From NCBI GenBank assembly GCA_030603365.1, contig JAUVXV010000004.1, forward strand, positions 192,001 through 256,000: a DNA stretch of 64,000 nt. The letters run 5' to 3'. The notes beneath the pieces were generated by a model that did not search any database, was not told the origin of the DNA, and saw nothing but the letters and a program-made list of their open reading frames with translations. Position 1 is the stretch's first letter. Every line of letters starts with the position of its first letter. The translations under genes and the position numbers were made by a program. This stretch comes from Candidatus Heimdallarchaeota archaeon. GTDB taxonomy: Archaea; Asgardarchaeota; Heimdallarchaeia; Heimdallarchaeales; Heimdallarchaeaceae. Below are positions 1 through 9,890 of this stretch, piece by piece.

Positions 1-1
1 A

Positions 2-622
2 TCTCAATCTAGATTCTTTGAGAATATTATTGCAAGTTCAGAGGAATTTTGGAACCATTATTATTTAAAATTTCAAAAAGACACTGATGGGATTTTTGAT
101 TATATATCTTCAAATAATTTCTGTTCTGCACTAAATGCAGTAACTCCCGGTTTTATAAGAATTCAAGCTGATGAAGTAACCTATATTCTTCATATCATTA
201 TCCGCTTTGAAATTGAAAGAGATTGGTTTGCTGGAAAAATAGAAACCAAAGAAGTACCACAGGTTTGGAATGAGAAATATAAACAGTATTTGAGTGTAGA
301 TGTTCCGAATGATACACTTGGTTTGATGCAAGATTTACATTGGTACAGTCAATATTATGGTTATTTCTTTGGCTATGGAATAGGCGATTTAATCTCTTCG
401 CAGATAACTGTCAAGATGTCTAAAGACCTTCCTGATTGGAAAACCTCTTTACAGGATGGTAAATTTTCACCAATTCGACAATGGCTTGAAAAAAATGTAC
501 ATCAGAAAGGTGGAACTCTCGATTGCCTTGATATGGTGAAAAGTATAACAGGAGAAGAACTTACACCAAAATATCATATAAATTACTTAAAAGAGAAATT
601 CTCAGACATTTACAATTTATAA
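2..622 (+). CDS. M32 carboxypeptidase (Taq-type), 5'-truncated by window edge
   Basis: Frame is open from base 2: SQSRFFEN, IRIQADEVTY, GLMQDLHW, YGYF motifs of M32; the 290 start in the ORF track is internal. Confidence 0.9.
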   Translation, partial: SQSRFFENIIASSEEFWNHYYLKFQKDTDGIFDYISSNNFCSALNAVTPGFIRIQADEVTYILHIIIRFEIERDWFAGKIETKEVPQVWNEKYKQYLSVDVPNDTLGLMQDLHWYSQYYGYFFGYGIGDLISSQITVKMSKDLPDWKTSLQDGKFSPIRQWLEKNVHQKGGTLDCLDMVKSITGEELTPKYHINYLKEKFSDIYNL

Positions 623-654
623 AAAACTGAAAAAGGGATAAGATTTTCTTATCC

Positions 655-2478
655 TCATTCTTCGATTCTTATTGTTGCTTGTTGTTGTCTTAGAGGACCA
701 TCGGCTCTGATGTTTAGATTTATAGTAATAGTTTCTCCCTGATTTATTCTCTTTATATGACATTTGACATTAGAAGCTTCAGTTGTTACATCAACAGTTG
801 GGGGAGAATGACTGATATACTCAGCTGTAAAAATTGGTTGAATAACTATAATATTGTCCAGAGGAACGTCTCCTGTATTAGTTATTGGAATTTCAATATT
901 ATACCCGTCTTCCACTTTTTTAGTGAAGATTGAAGTAGCTTTGTAAGATCTCTGTTTAAATTCAACAATTATTACAGGTATTTTACCTTCCATCATTGCT
1001 TCTGATACATACGGCAATGTTGGTTCAATTGCGTAAGCTCTTATCTCTGTAGATGCTGAATGACTACCTTCAATTCTTGGTTTATTTGCCTTGCCTTTAA
1101 TTTTGACTTTTATAATCTGGCCTGGTTCTATGTTTAGATCAGAAATGACATAGTGATATTGTCGTTCTCGAGTTAAATCTTCAATAATTGAAATATGTTC
1201 TTCATCTAGTTCGACTGGTTCTTCTTCCTCATCTAGTGTTTCAAATGTAGCAAAATCTCTATCTTCAACCAGAGGTTTTGGTTTCTGTGTTGGTCTTTCA
1301 AGAAAATCAATTTCCAACAATCTTTCTGCTGTTTCTGCAGTAACTTCTTCAACTTCAATATAACTTGGAATAGTATCTTCAATTTCAATTTTACCTACAG
1401 TTGCTGAACCTGTATTTGTAATATCCAAAATCGAAACAATATCTGTTACTGCATAAGTTGTTACTTCTGTTGGTTCAAAGATTTTTGCTGTTCCAATTTT
1501 TAAAACAAAGATTTGATCGCTTTCTCTTTCATAGGTAATTGATGAATGGCTGGTAACATCATATAATACGTAGTAATCAAACTTTTTAGTGATTTCAGGA
1601 AATGATTCGGATTCAACAACTATTTGTTCTTTCCATATTGGTACATCTAAATTACCCTCTAATTCTTGACTGGTGTCTCTGAAAAACGCCTCTTCCCCAT
1701 TTACGTCAATTTTAACGTTTTTAAGAAAAATCTCAAATTCGCTTGCATTTCTTAACCCCAAGTTAAGTTGCCATTGTTTTGGAGTGACGGTTTCTTTTGT
1801 TTCGATTGAGAGATCTATATTGTCACAATCTCCATCAATTGTAGGTTTTAATGAACTTATTTTACTGTTAGTTTCAAATCTACTTATGATTGTTCCTGAT
1901 TTGTATGGTTGCAGATTTACAGGTATACAAAGTGATGCAATAATTATTGATGCTTCTTCTCCTGCTCTTAATTCGGGAATTATCCAACTGACAACTCTTT
2001 CTTCTTCAACAATATTGACCTCACCTGGAAAAGGATCTACGGCTCTAATCTCTTTTGTGTCTGGTGGAAGTTGTTTTTCAACTGTAATGTTCTTTAATTC
2101 TGTTTCATAATTGTTCTTGACTCTAATACGAAAAGCTAGTGTCTGAGATGTGTTGAATACTAAATCACTGTTAAGAGGGTTAAATTCATCTCCTGAGAAG
2201 TTAGTATCTCTCTCTTCAGTCACTTCAACTTTTATTTGAGCACGTGTATTATACTCAATAGCATGGAACCCTCCAGCATCCACGTGAGGAACTGTTGAAT
2301 TAACAAAATCAATGACATCATCCCCAAATTCTGCTTTTAGTTCAATACCCCATAACATCGTAGAACTACTTGGGTTTAATATTTTCAAAACACCTTTGGA
2401 TTCAGATGAAAGAAGGTCTCCTTTAGCATTTACTTTAGCACTTAAATTTTCTTCTAATTGGATTGTAGCTTTCATCAA
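655..2478 (-). CDS. Cytoplasmic beta-sandwich protein; N-terminal mu-homology-domain-like region plus DUF11/Ig-like domains
   Basis: No signal peptide or TM; beta-rich; NTG...IEIEDTIP DUF11-like motifs; N-terminus resembles adaptin mu/delta-COP MHD. Confidence 0.5.
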   Translation of the reverse strand: MMKATIQLEENLSAKVNAKGDLLSSESKGVLKILNPSSSTMLWGIELKAEFGDDVIDFVNSTVPHVDAGGFHAIEYNTRAQIKVEVTEERDTNFSGDEFNPLNSDLVFNTSQTLAFRIRVKNNYETELKNITVEKQLPPDTKEIRAVDPFPGEVNIVEEERVVSWIIPELRAGEEASIIIASLCIPVNLQPYKSGTIISRFETNSKISSLKPTIDGDCDNIDLSIETKETVTPKQWQLNLGLRNASEFEIFLKNVKIDVNGEEAFFRDTSQELEGNLDVPIWKEQIVVESESFPEITKKFDYYVLYDVTSHSSITYERESDQIFVLKIGTAKIFEPTEVTTYAVTDIVSILDITNTGSATVGKIEIEDTIPSYIEVEEVTAETAERLLEIDFLERPTQKPKPLVEDRDFATFETLDEEEEPVELDEEHISIIEDLTRERQYHYVISDLNIEPGQIIKVKIKGKANKPRIEGSHSASTEIRAYAIEPTLPYVSEAMMEGKIPVIIVEFKQRSYKATSIFTKKVEDGYNIEIPITNTGDVPLDNIIVIQPIFTAEYISHSPPTVDVTTEASNVKCHIKRINQGETITINLNIRADGPLRQQQATIRIEE

Positions 2479-2629
2479 TAATCATCTGTAAATATGATGT
2501 TTTAATAAGCATGAATCAATTAATATTTGTATTGATGGTACCAAGCCATTTTGATGCTTTTTATATCTGGTTTAATCTTTTATTTCTGATATAAAATAAA
2601 TACTTGAAAAGTAAAAAGAATCAAGAAAG

Positions 2630-3541
2630 TTAGAGTTTAAGCTCTTCTTGTGAGATTTTTTTGGGTTCCTTAGTTAATTTAACACTATCACTTAGAAACA
2701 GATCTTCGACATAGTAAACCCTTCCTTCAACTTGAGTGTTTGGTCCTAATTTAACATTTCTGCCTTTGATGCTTTTATGAACATGAACATCTTGGACATC
2801 AACTTCATTTTGAGCTATAATACTACCCATAACATTAACTAATTTCTTGTGTTTTCTGAAGAACCAAGATTCAAATACTGTTCTTCTACCTTCAATAAGG
2901 ATATTTTCACAAAGAATACTTTTTTCTATCCGAGCTTTCCCACCAATCTTTATTGAATTTTCTGAAAGTAAATTGCCAGAAATAGTTGTCGAACCTATTA
3001 AAGATGCTCCTCTTACAGCTTGAGTGTTTTTACCACTTCTATATGATCCTGAAATTGTAAGATTACCTTTAACTACTACTTCACCAGTTGTTTTTGAAGA
3101 ACCGTTGAATGTTACATTTTCATTAGCATAAAGATTACCATCACACTTGAATGATCCCGAGCATTTTACTTCACCATGAGCAGTGATATTCCCAAATGCT
3201 TTTACTGCTCCAGAACATCGTAAAGATTTACATTCAACATCACCTAAAATTCTCCCTACTCCGGATATTCGAATATCCCTCATTATTTTTCCCCCTGTAA
3301 TTTTAGCAGATCCTGAAACTGTTAAAGCATCCTGAGTTAAAGTTTTTTCTCCTGCTACTCTGACTAATGGAGCATCTTTCTGGAATTTGAACTCTTCTTT
3401 TGTTCTTCTTAGTTTTTCAGTATATCTTTCTTTTAATTCTGAATAACTTGCTTTGTCAATCTCTCCGTTATCAAATCGTTTTTCTAAGAGTTGCAAGAGC
3501 TCTTCATACATTCTAATGTCACTTTGGCTCACATCTGTCAC
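2630..3541 (-). CDS. Bactofilin-like (polymer-forming) beta-helix protein with N-terminal SHOCT-like domain
   Basis: LEKRFDNGEIDKASYSELK (SHOCT-like); repeated xSGSxKxxGN beta-helix units; IKGRNVKLGPNTQVEGRVYY. Confidence 0.7.
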   Translation of the reverse strand: MTDVSQSDIRMYEELLQLLEKRFDNGEIDKASYSELKERYTEKLRRTKEEFKFQKDAPLVRVAGEKTLTQDALTVSGSAKITGGKIMRDIRISGVGRILGDVECKSLRCSGAVKAFGNITAHGEVKCSGSFKCDGNLYANENVTFNGSSKTTGEVVVKGNLTISGSYRSGKNTQAVRGASLIGSTTISGNLLSENSIKIGGKARIEKSILCENILIEGRRTVFESWFFRKHKKLVNVMGSIIAQNEVDVQDVHVHKSIKGRNVKLGPNTQVEGRVYYVEDLFLSDSVKLTKEPKKISQEELKL

Positions 3542-3600
3542 CTATTCCATAAATGTAATCTCTTTATATAATGTTTTTTTTAAATAATTAGCATATATTG

Positions 3601-3638
3601 TTAAACTCATAGTTTGAAGCTTAAACCAAGCAGTTTAA
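3601..3638. promoter_or_regulatory. Tandem imperfect palindromes in a divergent promoter (candidate operator)
   Basis: TTAAAC-N5-GTTTGA (3601-3617) and TTAAAC-N6-GTTTAA (3621-3638). Confidence 0.3.
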
Positions 3639-3680
3639 ACCGACAACAATTTATAATAAATTAAAAGATGTGTAAACGTT

Positions 3681-4124
3681 ATGTCAGATTTAGATGACGA
3701 AACAGCGAAAGAATCACCTATTATTGATAGAATATATTCAATTTTCAGAGATTCTACAAGACGAACAATACTAAAGCTACTTAGTAACATAAAACTTACA
3801 GCTGATGAACTTACAAAAGAGCTAAAAATCTCAAGACCTGCTGTCGAAAAACATCTTAAACAGATGTTGGAAATCGGTCTTATTGAAAGAAAAGCAGATA
3901 CCTATCCCACTTTAAAATACATCTATACCATCCCTACTCCAGGTATTGATTTATTATCAAATGTTAACGATGCAATTCATACTTTCATAACATCACTTAG
4001 AGAAGAGTATGGTAGAAGACTAGAAAATGAAGAACAAATGTATGTTTTAGGTATGTCTTCTAAAGATAGATATGATGCAATAAAGAAATCTTATGGATCA
4101 ATTTTAGAAAAATTACAAAAATAA
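3681..4124 (+). CDS. ArsR-family winged-helix transcriptional regulator
   Basis: DSTRRTILKLL...LTADELTKELKISRPAVEKHLKQMLEIGLIE. Confidence 0.85.
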   Translation: MSDLDDETAKESPIIDRIYSIFRDSTRRTILKLLSNIKLTADELTKELKISRPAVEKHLKQMLEIGLIERKADTYPTLKYIYTIPTPGIDLLSNVNDAIHTFITSLREEYGRRLENEEQMYVLGMSSKDRYDAIKKSYGSILEKLQK

Positions 4125-4146
4125 ACATCTTCTGAGTTGTATTCAC

Positions 4147-4638
4147 GTGTTAATTAAATCAAGAAATTTATTATCTAATAAAGATAAGAGGAATTTAAAA
4201 GAAAACCTTGCTGAATTATATGGAGAAACAATACTCGCTCTCTTTGAAAAAACATTGAATATTGAGGAAATTAGAACAGATGAAGGAACATTTCTAGCCA
4301 GAGATGGTAGAATATGGTTTTTTAATTATGAAAAGCAACAAATACCCTCAATTCATTTCTTGAGAGAGAGTCAAGTTGTCATGCCGAAGATAATTGTTGA
4401 TACTGGTGCAATTCGTTTTATCACTAAAGGAGCTGATGTTATGGCACCAGGAATTATTCATTTTGATAAACAAATAACTAAAGGATTAGTGGTAGCTATC
4501 CATGAAGAAAATGCAAATAGCTTATTGGGAGTGGGGGTTTCTTTAGTAGATTCTAATGAATTTGAAAAAACAAAAAAAGGGAAGGTAGTTAAAACAATCC
4601 ATCACCTTACCGATGATATTTGGAAGTTCAAGCTCTGA
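4147..4638 (+). CDS. PUA-domain RNA-binding protein (Tma20/MCT-1-like)
   Basis: IIVDTGAIRFITKGADVMAPGI...KGKVVKTIHHLTDDIW. Confidence 0.85.
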   Translation: MLIKSRNLLSNKDKRNLKENLAELYGETILALFEKTLNIEEIRTDEGTFLARDGRIWFFNYEKQQIPSIHFLRESQVVMPKIIVDTGAIRFITKGADVMAPGIIHFDKQITKGLVVAIHEENANSLLGVGVSLVDSNEFEKTKKGKVVKTIHHLTDDIWKFKL

Positions 4639-4639
4639 T

Positions 4640-6583
4640 CTATTTTAACCGTATAGTTGTTCCATTGGGTGGAGCAAGACTTTCACGTTTTGTAGTCTTA
4701 TATATCCACGAAGCGAATTTTGTTACTTTTGTTTCATCACCATGGATTACAACAACTCTTTCTGGTTTGGGTGTAACTTTGTTGATATAATTCTCAAGTT
4801 CTCTTCTATCGCTATGCCCTGTAAATCCTGATATGCTGTGAACAGCCATTTCAATATGATGCATCACAGTTCTCCCATTTTCAACCATTTGAATTTCTGT
4901 AATTCCCTTCTGGATTTTACTTCCTAAAGTTCCTTTACCTTGATAACTTACAAAAATCATTGAATTGTTTGGATTTGTACAAAGCGCTTTAAAATATTGG
5001 ACACTGGGACCTCCATTTAACATTCCACTAGTTGCCACAATTATAGCAGGATCTCCTTCTATTATTAAATCACGTTCTTCAGAAGCAGAAACATGTTTCA
5101 TTTGTTCTGCTAGAAATGGATTTTCTCCATCATGAAAAATTCTCTCTCTTACCCCTTTAGAAAGAAATTCAGGATGAGCTGTTGTAATGGCTGATGCTTC
5201 TCTAATCATACCATCTGTATAGATTGGGATACTTGGTAATTCACCTGATCTCATCAAACTTTCAAGAATAACAAGAATTTCTTGGGCTCTTCCTACAGCA
5301 AGTACTGGAATTAATATCTTACCACCTTTCTGGATTGTGTCAAAAACTATATTTCTTAACATTTTGGTACATTCTGCTCTAGATGGAAGAATGTCCTGAG
5401 GTTTTCCATAGGTTGATTCAATAAATAAGGTTTCTAATCTAGGAAATCTGCAATTTGCAGAATCTAATAGGTTTGATTTAGCAAATTTAATGTCTTGAGC
5501 AAAGGCTAAATTGTATACTCCTTCACCAATGTGAAGATGAGGAATTGCACTTCCAACAATATGCCCTGCATTGTGGAAAGTTAATCTAATATCGGGAGTT
5601 ATGTCTGTAACTTCACCATATTCCAATACTATTGTATGTAAAACCGATTCTCGTATGTCTTTTTGTTCATAAGGAAGTGTTTTACCTTCTTTTTGTGCAA
5701 CATCAAGATAATCAATCTGTAGCATTGTCATTAAATCTCTTGTGGGTCTTGTAACATAAACAGCCCCCTTATATCCATACTTGAATAGATAGGGAACAAA
5801 TCCTGAATGATCAAGATGGGCGTGAGAAATGACCACTGCATCAAGATTTTCGATATCAAACTCAGGTAGATCAAATCTTGGAAAAGTATTGTTCGGAGAA
5901 TTGCTTCCAACATTTATACCACAATCTACCAAAATTCTGCTCTCTCCTGTTTGGATTAAGGAAGAACTTCTACCTACTTCTGCATATCCTCCTAGAGCTG
6001 TTACACGGATTGTATCATCTCTATAGATTATTGGTCTATGAATTCTCTTGCCTATTAATCTGAGAATTTCTTGTCTTTTCTTTGAATGCTCTTGATAAAG
6101 ATGTCTTATTGTTTTAATAACTCGAGATTCTATTGGTGGTGTTCTCATAACTCTTGGGCGCCATAGTGTTTTTGCTATTATTGTTCTAAGCATTTCACCA
6201 GCTTTACCAATTATAACACCTGGTTTCAAAGCCTCAATAATAACTTCACCTAGAAGTTCATCAAAATCGATTGAAGTTATTTCTCCTTCTTTACCAACCA
6301 ACTCATTTATGGTGAATATTGTTTCATCCTTTGGAAGTCTAACACTGGGGTCTGATCGTATAACTATCCTCTTTCTAAGTTTTTTAGCCAGTTCTTTAAC
6401 AATGGTTTCATCATCTACTAACACGCGTGGGTTTTTTGAGAAGACAGCAACTTCTGGTCCCTCAAATTCAATTTGTGTAATTTCTGAATTCGACGGTAAT
6501 TCTTTGTGAATATCTTTGGATATCTGTTTTAATACTTCTCTGAAGCTCAAGTTCTCCAACTCTGTATGCTTAATCAAAGACAA
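4640..6583 (-). CDS. fttA: aCPSF1/FttA KH-domain beta-CASP ribonuclease (transcription termination factor)
   Basis: N-terminal KH domains (EFEGPE, GVIIGKAG), LGGYAEVGRS, SHAHLDHSG, NAGHIVGS, ESTYG, FTGHSD. Confidence 0.95.
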   Translation of the reverse strand: MSLIKHTELENLSFREVLKQISKDIHKELPSNSEITQIEFEGPEVAVFSKNPRVLVDDETIVKELAKKLRKRIVIRSDPSVRLPKDETIFTINELVGKEGEITSIDFDELLGEVIIEALKPGVIIGKAGEMLRTIIAKTLWRPRVMRTPPIESRVIKTIRHLYQEHSKKRQEILRLIGKRIHRPIIYRDDTIRVTALGGYAEVGRSSSLIQTGESRILVDCGINVGSNSPNNTFPRFDLPEFDIENLDAVVISHAHLDHSGFVPYLFKYGYKGAVYVTRPTRDLMTMLQIDYLDVAQKEGKTLPYEQKDIRESVLHTIVLEYGEVTDITPDIRLTFHNAGHIVGSAIPHLHIGEGVYNLAFAQDIKFAKSNLLDSANCRFPRLETLFIESTYGKPQDILPSRAECTKMLRNIVFDTIQKGGKILIPVLAVGRAQEILVILESLMRSGELPSIPIYTDGMIREASAITTAHPEFLSKGVRERIFHDGENPFLAEQMKHVSASEERDLIIEGDPAIIVATSGMLNGGPSVQYFKALCTNPNNSMIFVSYQGKGTLGSKIQKGITEIQMVENGRTVMHHIEMAVHSISGFTGHSDRRELENYINKVTPKPERVVVIHGDETKVTKFASWIYKTTKRESLAPPNGTTIRLK

Positions 6584-6737
6584 ATGTACAGCAAAATAAA
6601 TTCATATATTTGCATATAACACGCTTTAAAACTAAATTACAACTCTGTAGATTATTTATATACTTTTTGATTTTGCTTGAAGTTCAAATTCTATCGTTAG
6701 AATATCAAAAAACCATTAAATAAGGGAAATTGTATTA

Positions 6738-7286
6738 TTAGTTTCCCCTACGTAAATACCATCCTCTATCTAGTGGTTTATCTTTTAAACCCTTTACAAG
6801 AATTGTGTTTTGTTTAGCTTTATCAATATCTTTAGCTCCAATTTCTGCTTTTCCAATTCCATAATGTAGATTGTTTTTTCCTAAGATTATTAGATAATCA
6901 CCTTTATCGAAATTGTAACTATAAGATTCAAGATTTTCTACAAAAATATGTTTTCCATATAAAAATTGACTTGTTTTAATCTTAATCTTGTTGTTTGTAA
7001 AAGGTAGAATTAAGGAAGAACCTTCAATTTCTAATTGAAATTCGTTTTCCACTATACTCCCAATTGGAGTTCCTGCATAGTATATTTCTCCAGATAGTTT
7101 CAAAATAATTTTTTCTTGTTCTTCAGGAATCAAGAAAACTTCCTTTATTTTTCCTTCTTTTATCCATAAGTTTCCGTTAGATAAACTTTGTATGGTTTTG
7201 GAACCAAACATCTCCTTAAGGTGATTCAAAACTAAAGTCTCTTCCATTGCTGAAGATTTACGAAAAACAAAATCGTTATTTTCCAT
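6738..7286 (-). CDS. nip7: Nip7-like PUA-domain ribosome biogenesis protein
   Basis: QFLYGKHI, DRGWYLRRG C-terminus; ATG at 7286 overlaps the upstream stop (TAATG). Confidence 0.8.
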   Translation of the reverse strand: MENNDFVFRKSSAMEETLVLNHLKEMFGSKTIQSLSNGNLWIKEGKIKEVFLIPEEQEKIILKLSGEIYYAGTPIGSIVENEFQLEIEGSSLILPFTNNKIKIKTSQFLYGKHIFVENLESYSYNFDKGDYLIILGKNNLHYGIGKAEIGAKDIDKAKQNTILVKGLKDKPLDRGWYLRRGN

Positions 7287-8257
7287 TATTCTTTCACCAT
7301 TTTTACAATAAAGAATCCTTCTCCACACGTTTTATGAGGATACAACCGTTTTGCTTTTACCATTTCTGAGTCAAAATTATAAGTTTCAAATTTTGTCAAA
7401 CCGTTTTCTCCAATAATATTTATTTCTTCGATTTTCATATCTTTGGATTCCAGAACCTTAGTAATAACAAGTTCATTCTCCTCAGGTTCAAGTGAACATG
7501 TGGAATACACTATCTCACCTTGAGTTCTTAGTACATTTATTGCATTTGTAAGTAATGATACTTGAAGTTCATGGTATTTTAGAAGGTCATCAATTGTTTT
7601 TGATATTTTTCTAGTTGGATCTGAAATAATGGTTCCAGAACCTGAACAAGGGGCATCAAGAAGGATTTTGTCAAATTCTAAATTTAAAGATTGTATATTT
7701 TGAGAGTCCATATTAATAACTATTGAATTTTGAACACCCATCCTTGCTAGATTAGATTTCAGACTTCTTGATCTGAACGCACTTATCTCAATTGCTACAA
7801 TAGTTCCCCTGTTATTCATTAGCTGGGCAAGATGAGTTGTTTTTCCTCCTGGAGCCGCTGCAAGATCACCAACCAATTCTCCATTTTTTGGATTCAATAT
7901 GCTAGACGGATATAGAGAATTTTCACCTTGTAACATATAAAAGCCATTCAAATATTCCTCAGTTGCACCAATGGGTACTGGTGACCTTATAACTCTTCTA
8001 GCTTCAGGAAAATTCTTGACTCGTTCCATTACAACTTGCTTTTTTTTCAGCAACATCTCTGTTTCCGCATGAGGTTTTCTCAAGGAATTAAATCTTATTA
8101 TCTGAGGAAGTTTAGTTTCATTAAACTGAAGAAGCTTTTTAGTTTCTTCCTCTCCAAGAATTGATATATATCTTTCAATCATGTAAGGAAGATATCCAAG
8201 ATCTTTGCCAAATTTACGTATATTTGTGGCTTCATTCAATGTGGACATATGCATCAT
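7286..8257 (-). CDS. NOL1/NOP2/Sun RNA m5C methyltransferase (Nop2-like)
   Basis: DLAAAPGGKTTH, ILLDAPCSGSG, YSTCSLEPEENE, GFFIVK. Confidence 0.93.
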   Translation of the reverse strand: MMHMSTLNEATNIRKFGKDLGYLPYMIERYISILGEEETKKLLQFNETKLPQIIRFNSLRKPHAETEMLLKKKQVVMERVKNFPEARRVIRSPVPIGATEEYLNGFYMLQGENSLYPSSILNPKNGELVGDLAAAPGGKTTHLAQLMNNRGTIVAIEISAFRSRSLKSNLARMGVQNSIVINMDSQNIQSLNLEFDKILLDAPCSGSGTIISDPTRKISKTIDDLLKYHELQVSLLTNAINVLRTQGEIVYSTCSLEPEENELVITKVLESKDMKIEEINIIGENGLTKFETYNFDSEMVKAKRLYPHKTCGEGFFIVKMVKE

Positions 8258-8320
8258 TCAGCTAATTTGTAATGTTTTTAGTTAAAATATAAAAGCAACC
8301 TATTAAAATACATCTTTGAG

Positions 8321-9388
8321 ATGAACAGTGTTATAAATGAGTACAAATTCATTGAGCTTCCTACTCTTCTCTGTTTAGGAGCAGATATGCTCAATAGTGT
8401 TCCAGAAGTAATAAAACGACTTTCCTTAGGGAAAAAAGTATTATTATTGACTGATGAATTTCTTAGAACAAGGATTGCAAAAGACGTTGAAAATATCCTA
8501 ATAGATGGTAATATAGAAGTTTTCACTAACACCATCCAGGATAGTACAATGGATGAAGTAAATAAACAAATTGAATTTCATAAGGAAATTAAACCAGATT
8601 TCGTCATTGGTTTGGGAGGAGGAAGACCTATAGATATCGCAAAATCTGTATCTTTCCAAGTTAACCAAAGATTCATCTCTGTACCAACCATTGCAAGTCA
8701 TGATGGGGTCGCCAGTTCTAGAGCTTCAATCATGGGTTCTAAAAAGAGACATTCTATACAGGCTCTCCCCCCTATTGCTGTAGTGGCTGATACTGTTATC
8801 CTTGATAAATCTCCATACAGGTTTACAGCATCTGGATGTGGTGATTTAATAGCTAAAAGAACTGCAATTGCAGATTGGATGCTTTCTCATCGATTGAAGA
8901 ATGAACTAATTAGTGAATATTCAATCGCTTTATCTGATATGACTGCTCAACTCATTACTAAGAATGCTGATATAATTAGAAGTCAAGTTGAGGGCTATAG
9001 TCGAATTGTTGTCAAAGCACTTATCAGCAGTTCACTAGCAATGTGTGTTGCAGGTTCATCTAGACCTGGAAGTGGATCTGAACATATGTTCAGTCATGCT
9101 TTAGATTCATTTGCTGAAACCCCTGCTCTCCATGGAGAACAATGTGCTCTTGGAACTATTTTAATGGGCTATCTTCATGATCTTGATTGGGTAGAAATAA
9201 AAAATATTATGATTAATTTAGGATTACCTGTAACCTCTAGAAACTTAGGATTAAAGGATGAAGAAGTAATCAAAGCACTAGAAATTGCTCATACCATAAG
9301 ACCAGAACGATTCACTGTTTTAGGTAAAGAAGGATTAACAAGAGATGCAGCAATAAAAGCTGCGACTATTACTGGTGTGATAAATTAA
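8321..9388 (+). CDS. egsA: sn-glycerol-1-phosphate dehydrogenase
   Basis: GLGGGRPIDIAK, PTIASHDG, SRPGSGSEHMFSHALD, HGEQC. Confidence 0.95.
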   Translation: MNSVINEYKFIELPTLLCLGADMLNSVPEVIKRLSLGKKVLLLTDEFLRTRIAKDVENILIDGNIEVFTNTIQDSTMDEVNKQIEFHKEIKPDFVIGLGGGRPIDIAKSVSFQVNQRFISVPTIASHDGVASSRASIMGSKKRHSIQALPPIAVVADTVILDKSPYRFTASGCGDLIAKRTAIADWMLSHRLKNELISEYSIALSDMTAQLITKNADIIRSQVEGYSRIVVKALISSSLAMCVAGSSRPGSGSEHMFSHALDSFAETPALHGEQCALGTILMGYLHDLDWVEIKNIMINLGLPVTSRNLGLKDEEVIKALEIAHTIRPERFTVLGKEGLTRDAAIKAATITGVIN

Positions 9389-9437
9389 GCTCTACTTTGA
9401 GAATATTAAAAAACGCAATATCTTTACTTACTGCGAA

Positions 9438-9869
9438 ATGGTAATTTCTTTAATCCCTAAGAATGTTGCAAATAAAGGCTATCAATTTACACATCTTGGT
9501 GGTACTGAAACTTGTCAAAAATGCAAATTTCTCACTGTTTGTGTGAATTCACTAGAGGTTAATTTTACCTATGAAGTTACGCAAATTAGGGAAAAAGAGC
9601 ACCCATGTTTAATTGATAATAGTATGATGGTAGTTTGTGAAGTAAAAGAAATAAATGATATGCTATCAGTTAAACATCAGAAATATTTAGATGATGTAAT
9701 TCTTACCAGAGAACCAATTGAGTGTGTAGAAATATTATGTGAAAACTATGATTTCTGTGTCTCTTCAAAATACAATAAACCAACCAAAATCAAAATTCTT
9801 AAAAATTTAGGAAAAATTGACTGCCCTCTTAGTTATCAACTTGTATTAGTAGAAGGTAAAAAGATATAA
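9438..9869 (+). CDS. UPF0179 family protein
   Basis: CQKCKFLTVC...HPC...CxxxxC...CP pattern; usual egsA neighbour. Confidence 0.8.
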   Translation: MVISLIPKNVANKGYQFTHLGGTETCQKCKFLTVCVNSLEVNFTYEVTQIREKEHPCLIDNSMMVVCEVKEINDMLSVKHQKYLDDVILTREPIECVEILCENYDFCVSSKYNKPTKIKILKNLGKIDCPLSYQLVLVEGKKI

Positions 9870-9890
9870 TGATATAGTTAGATTGAATCA

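Noticed and set aside
2490-2592. ATGATGT...CTGA as another C/D sRNA
   Set aside because: Spacing too long, no convincing C'/D' pair and no identifiable target
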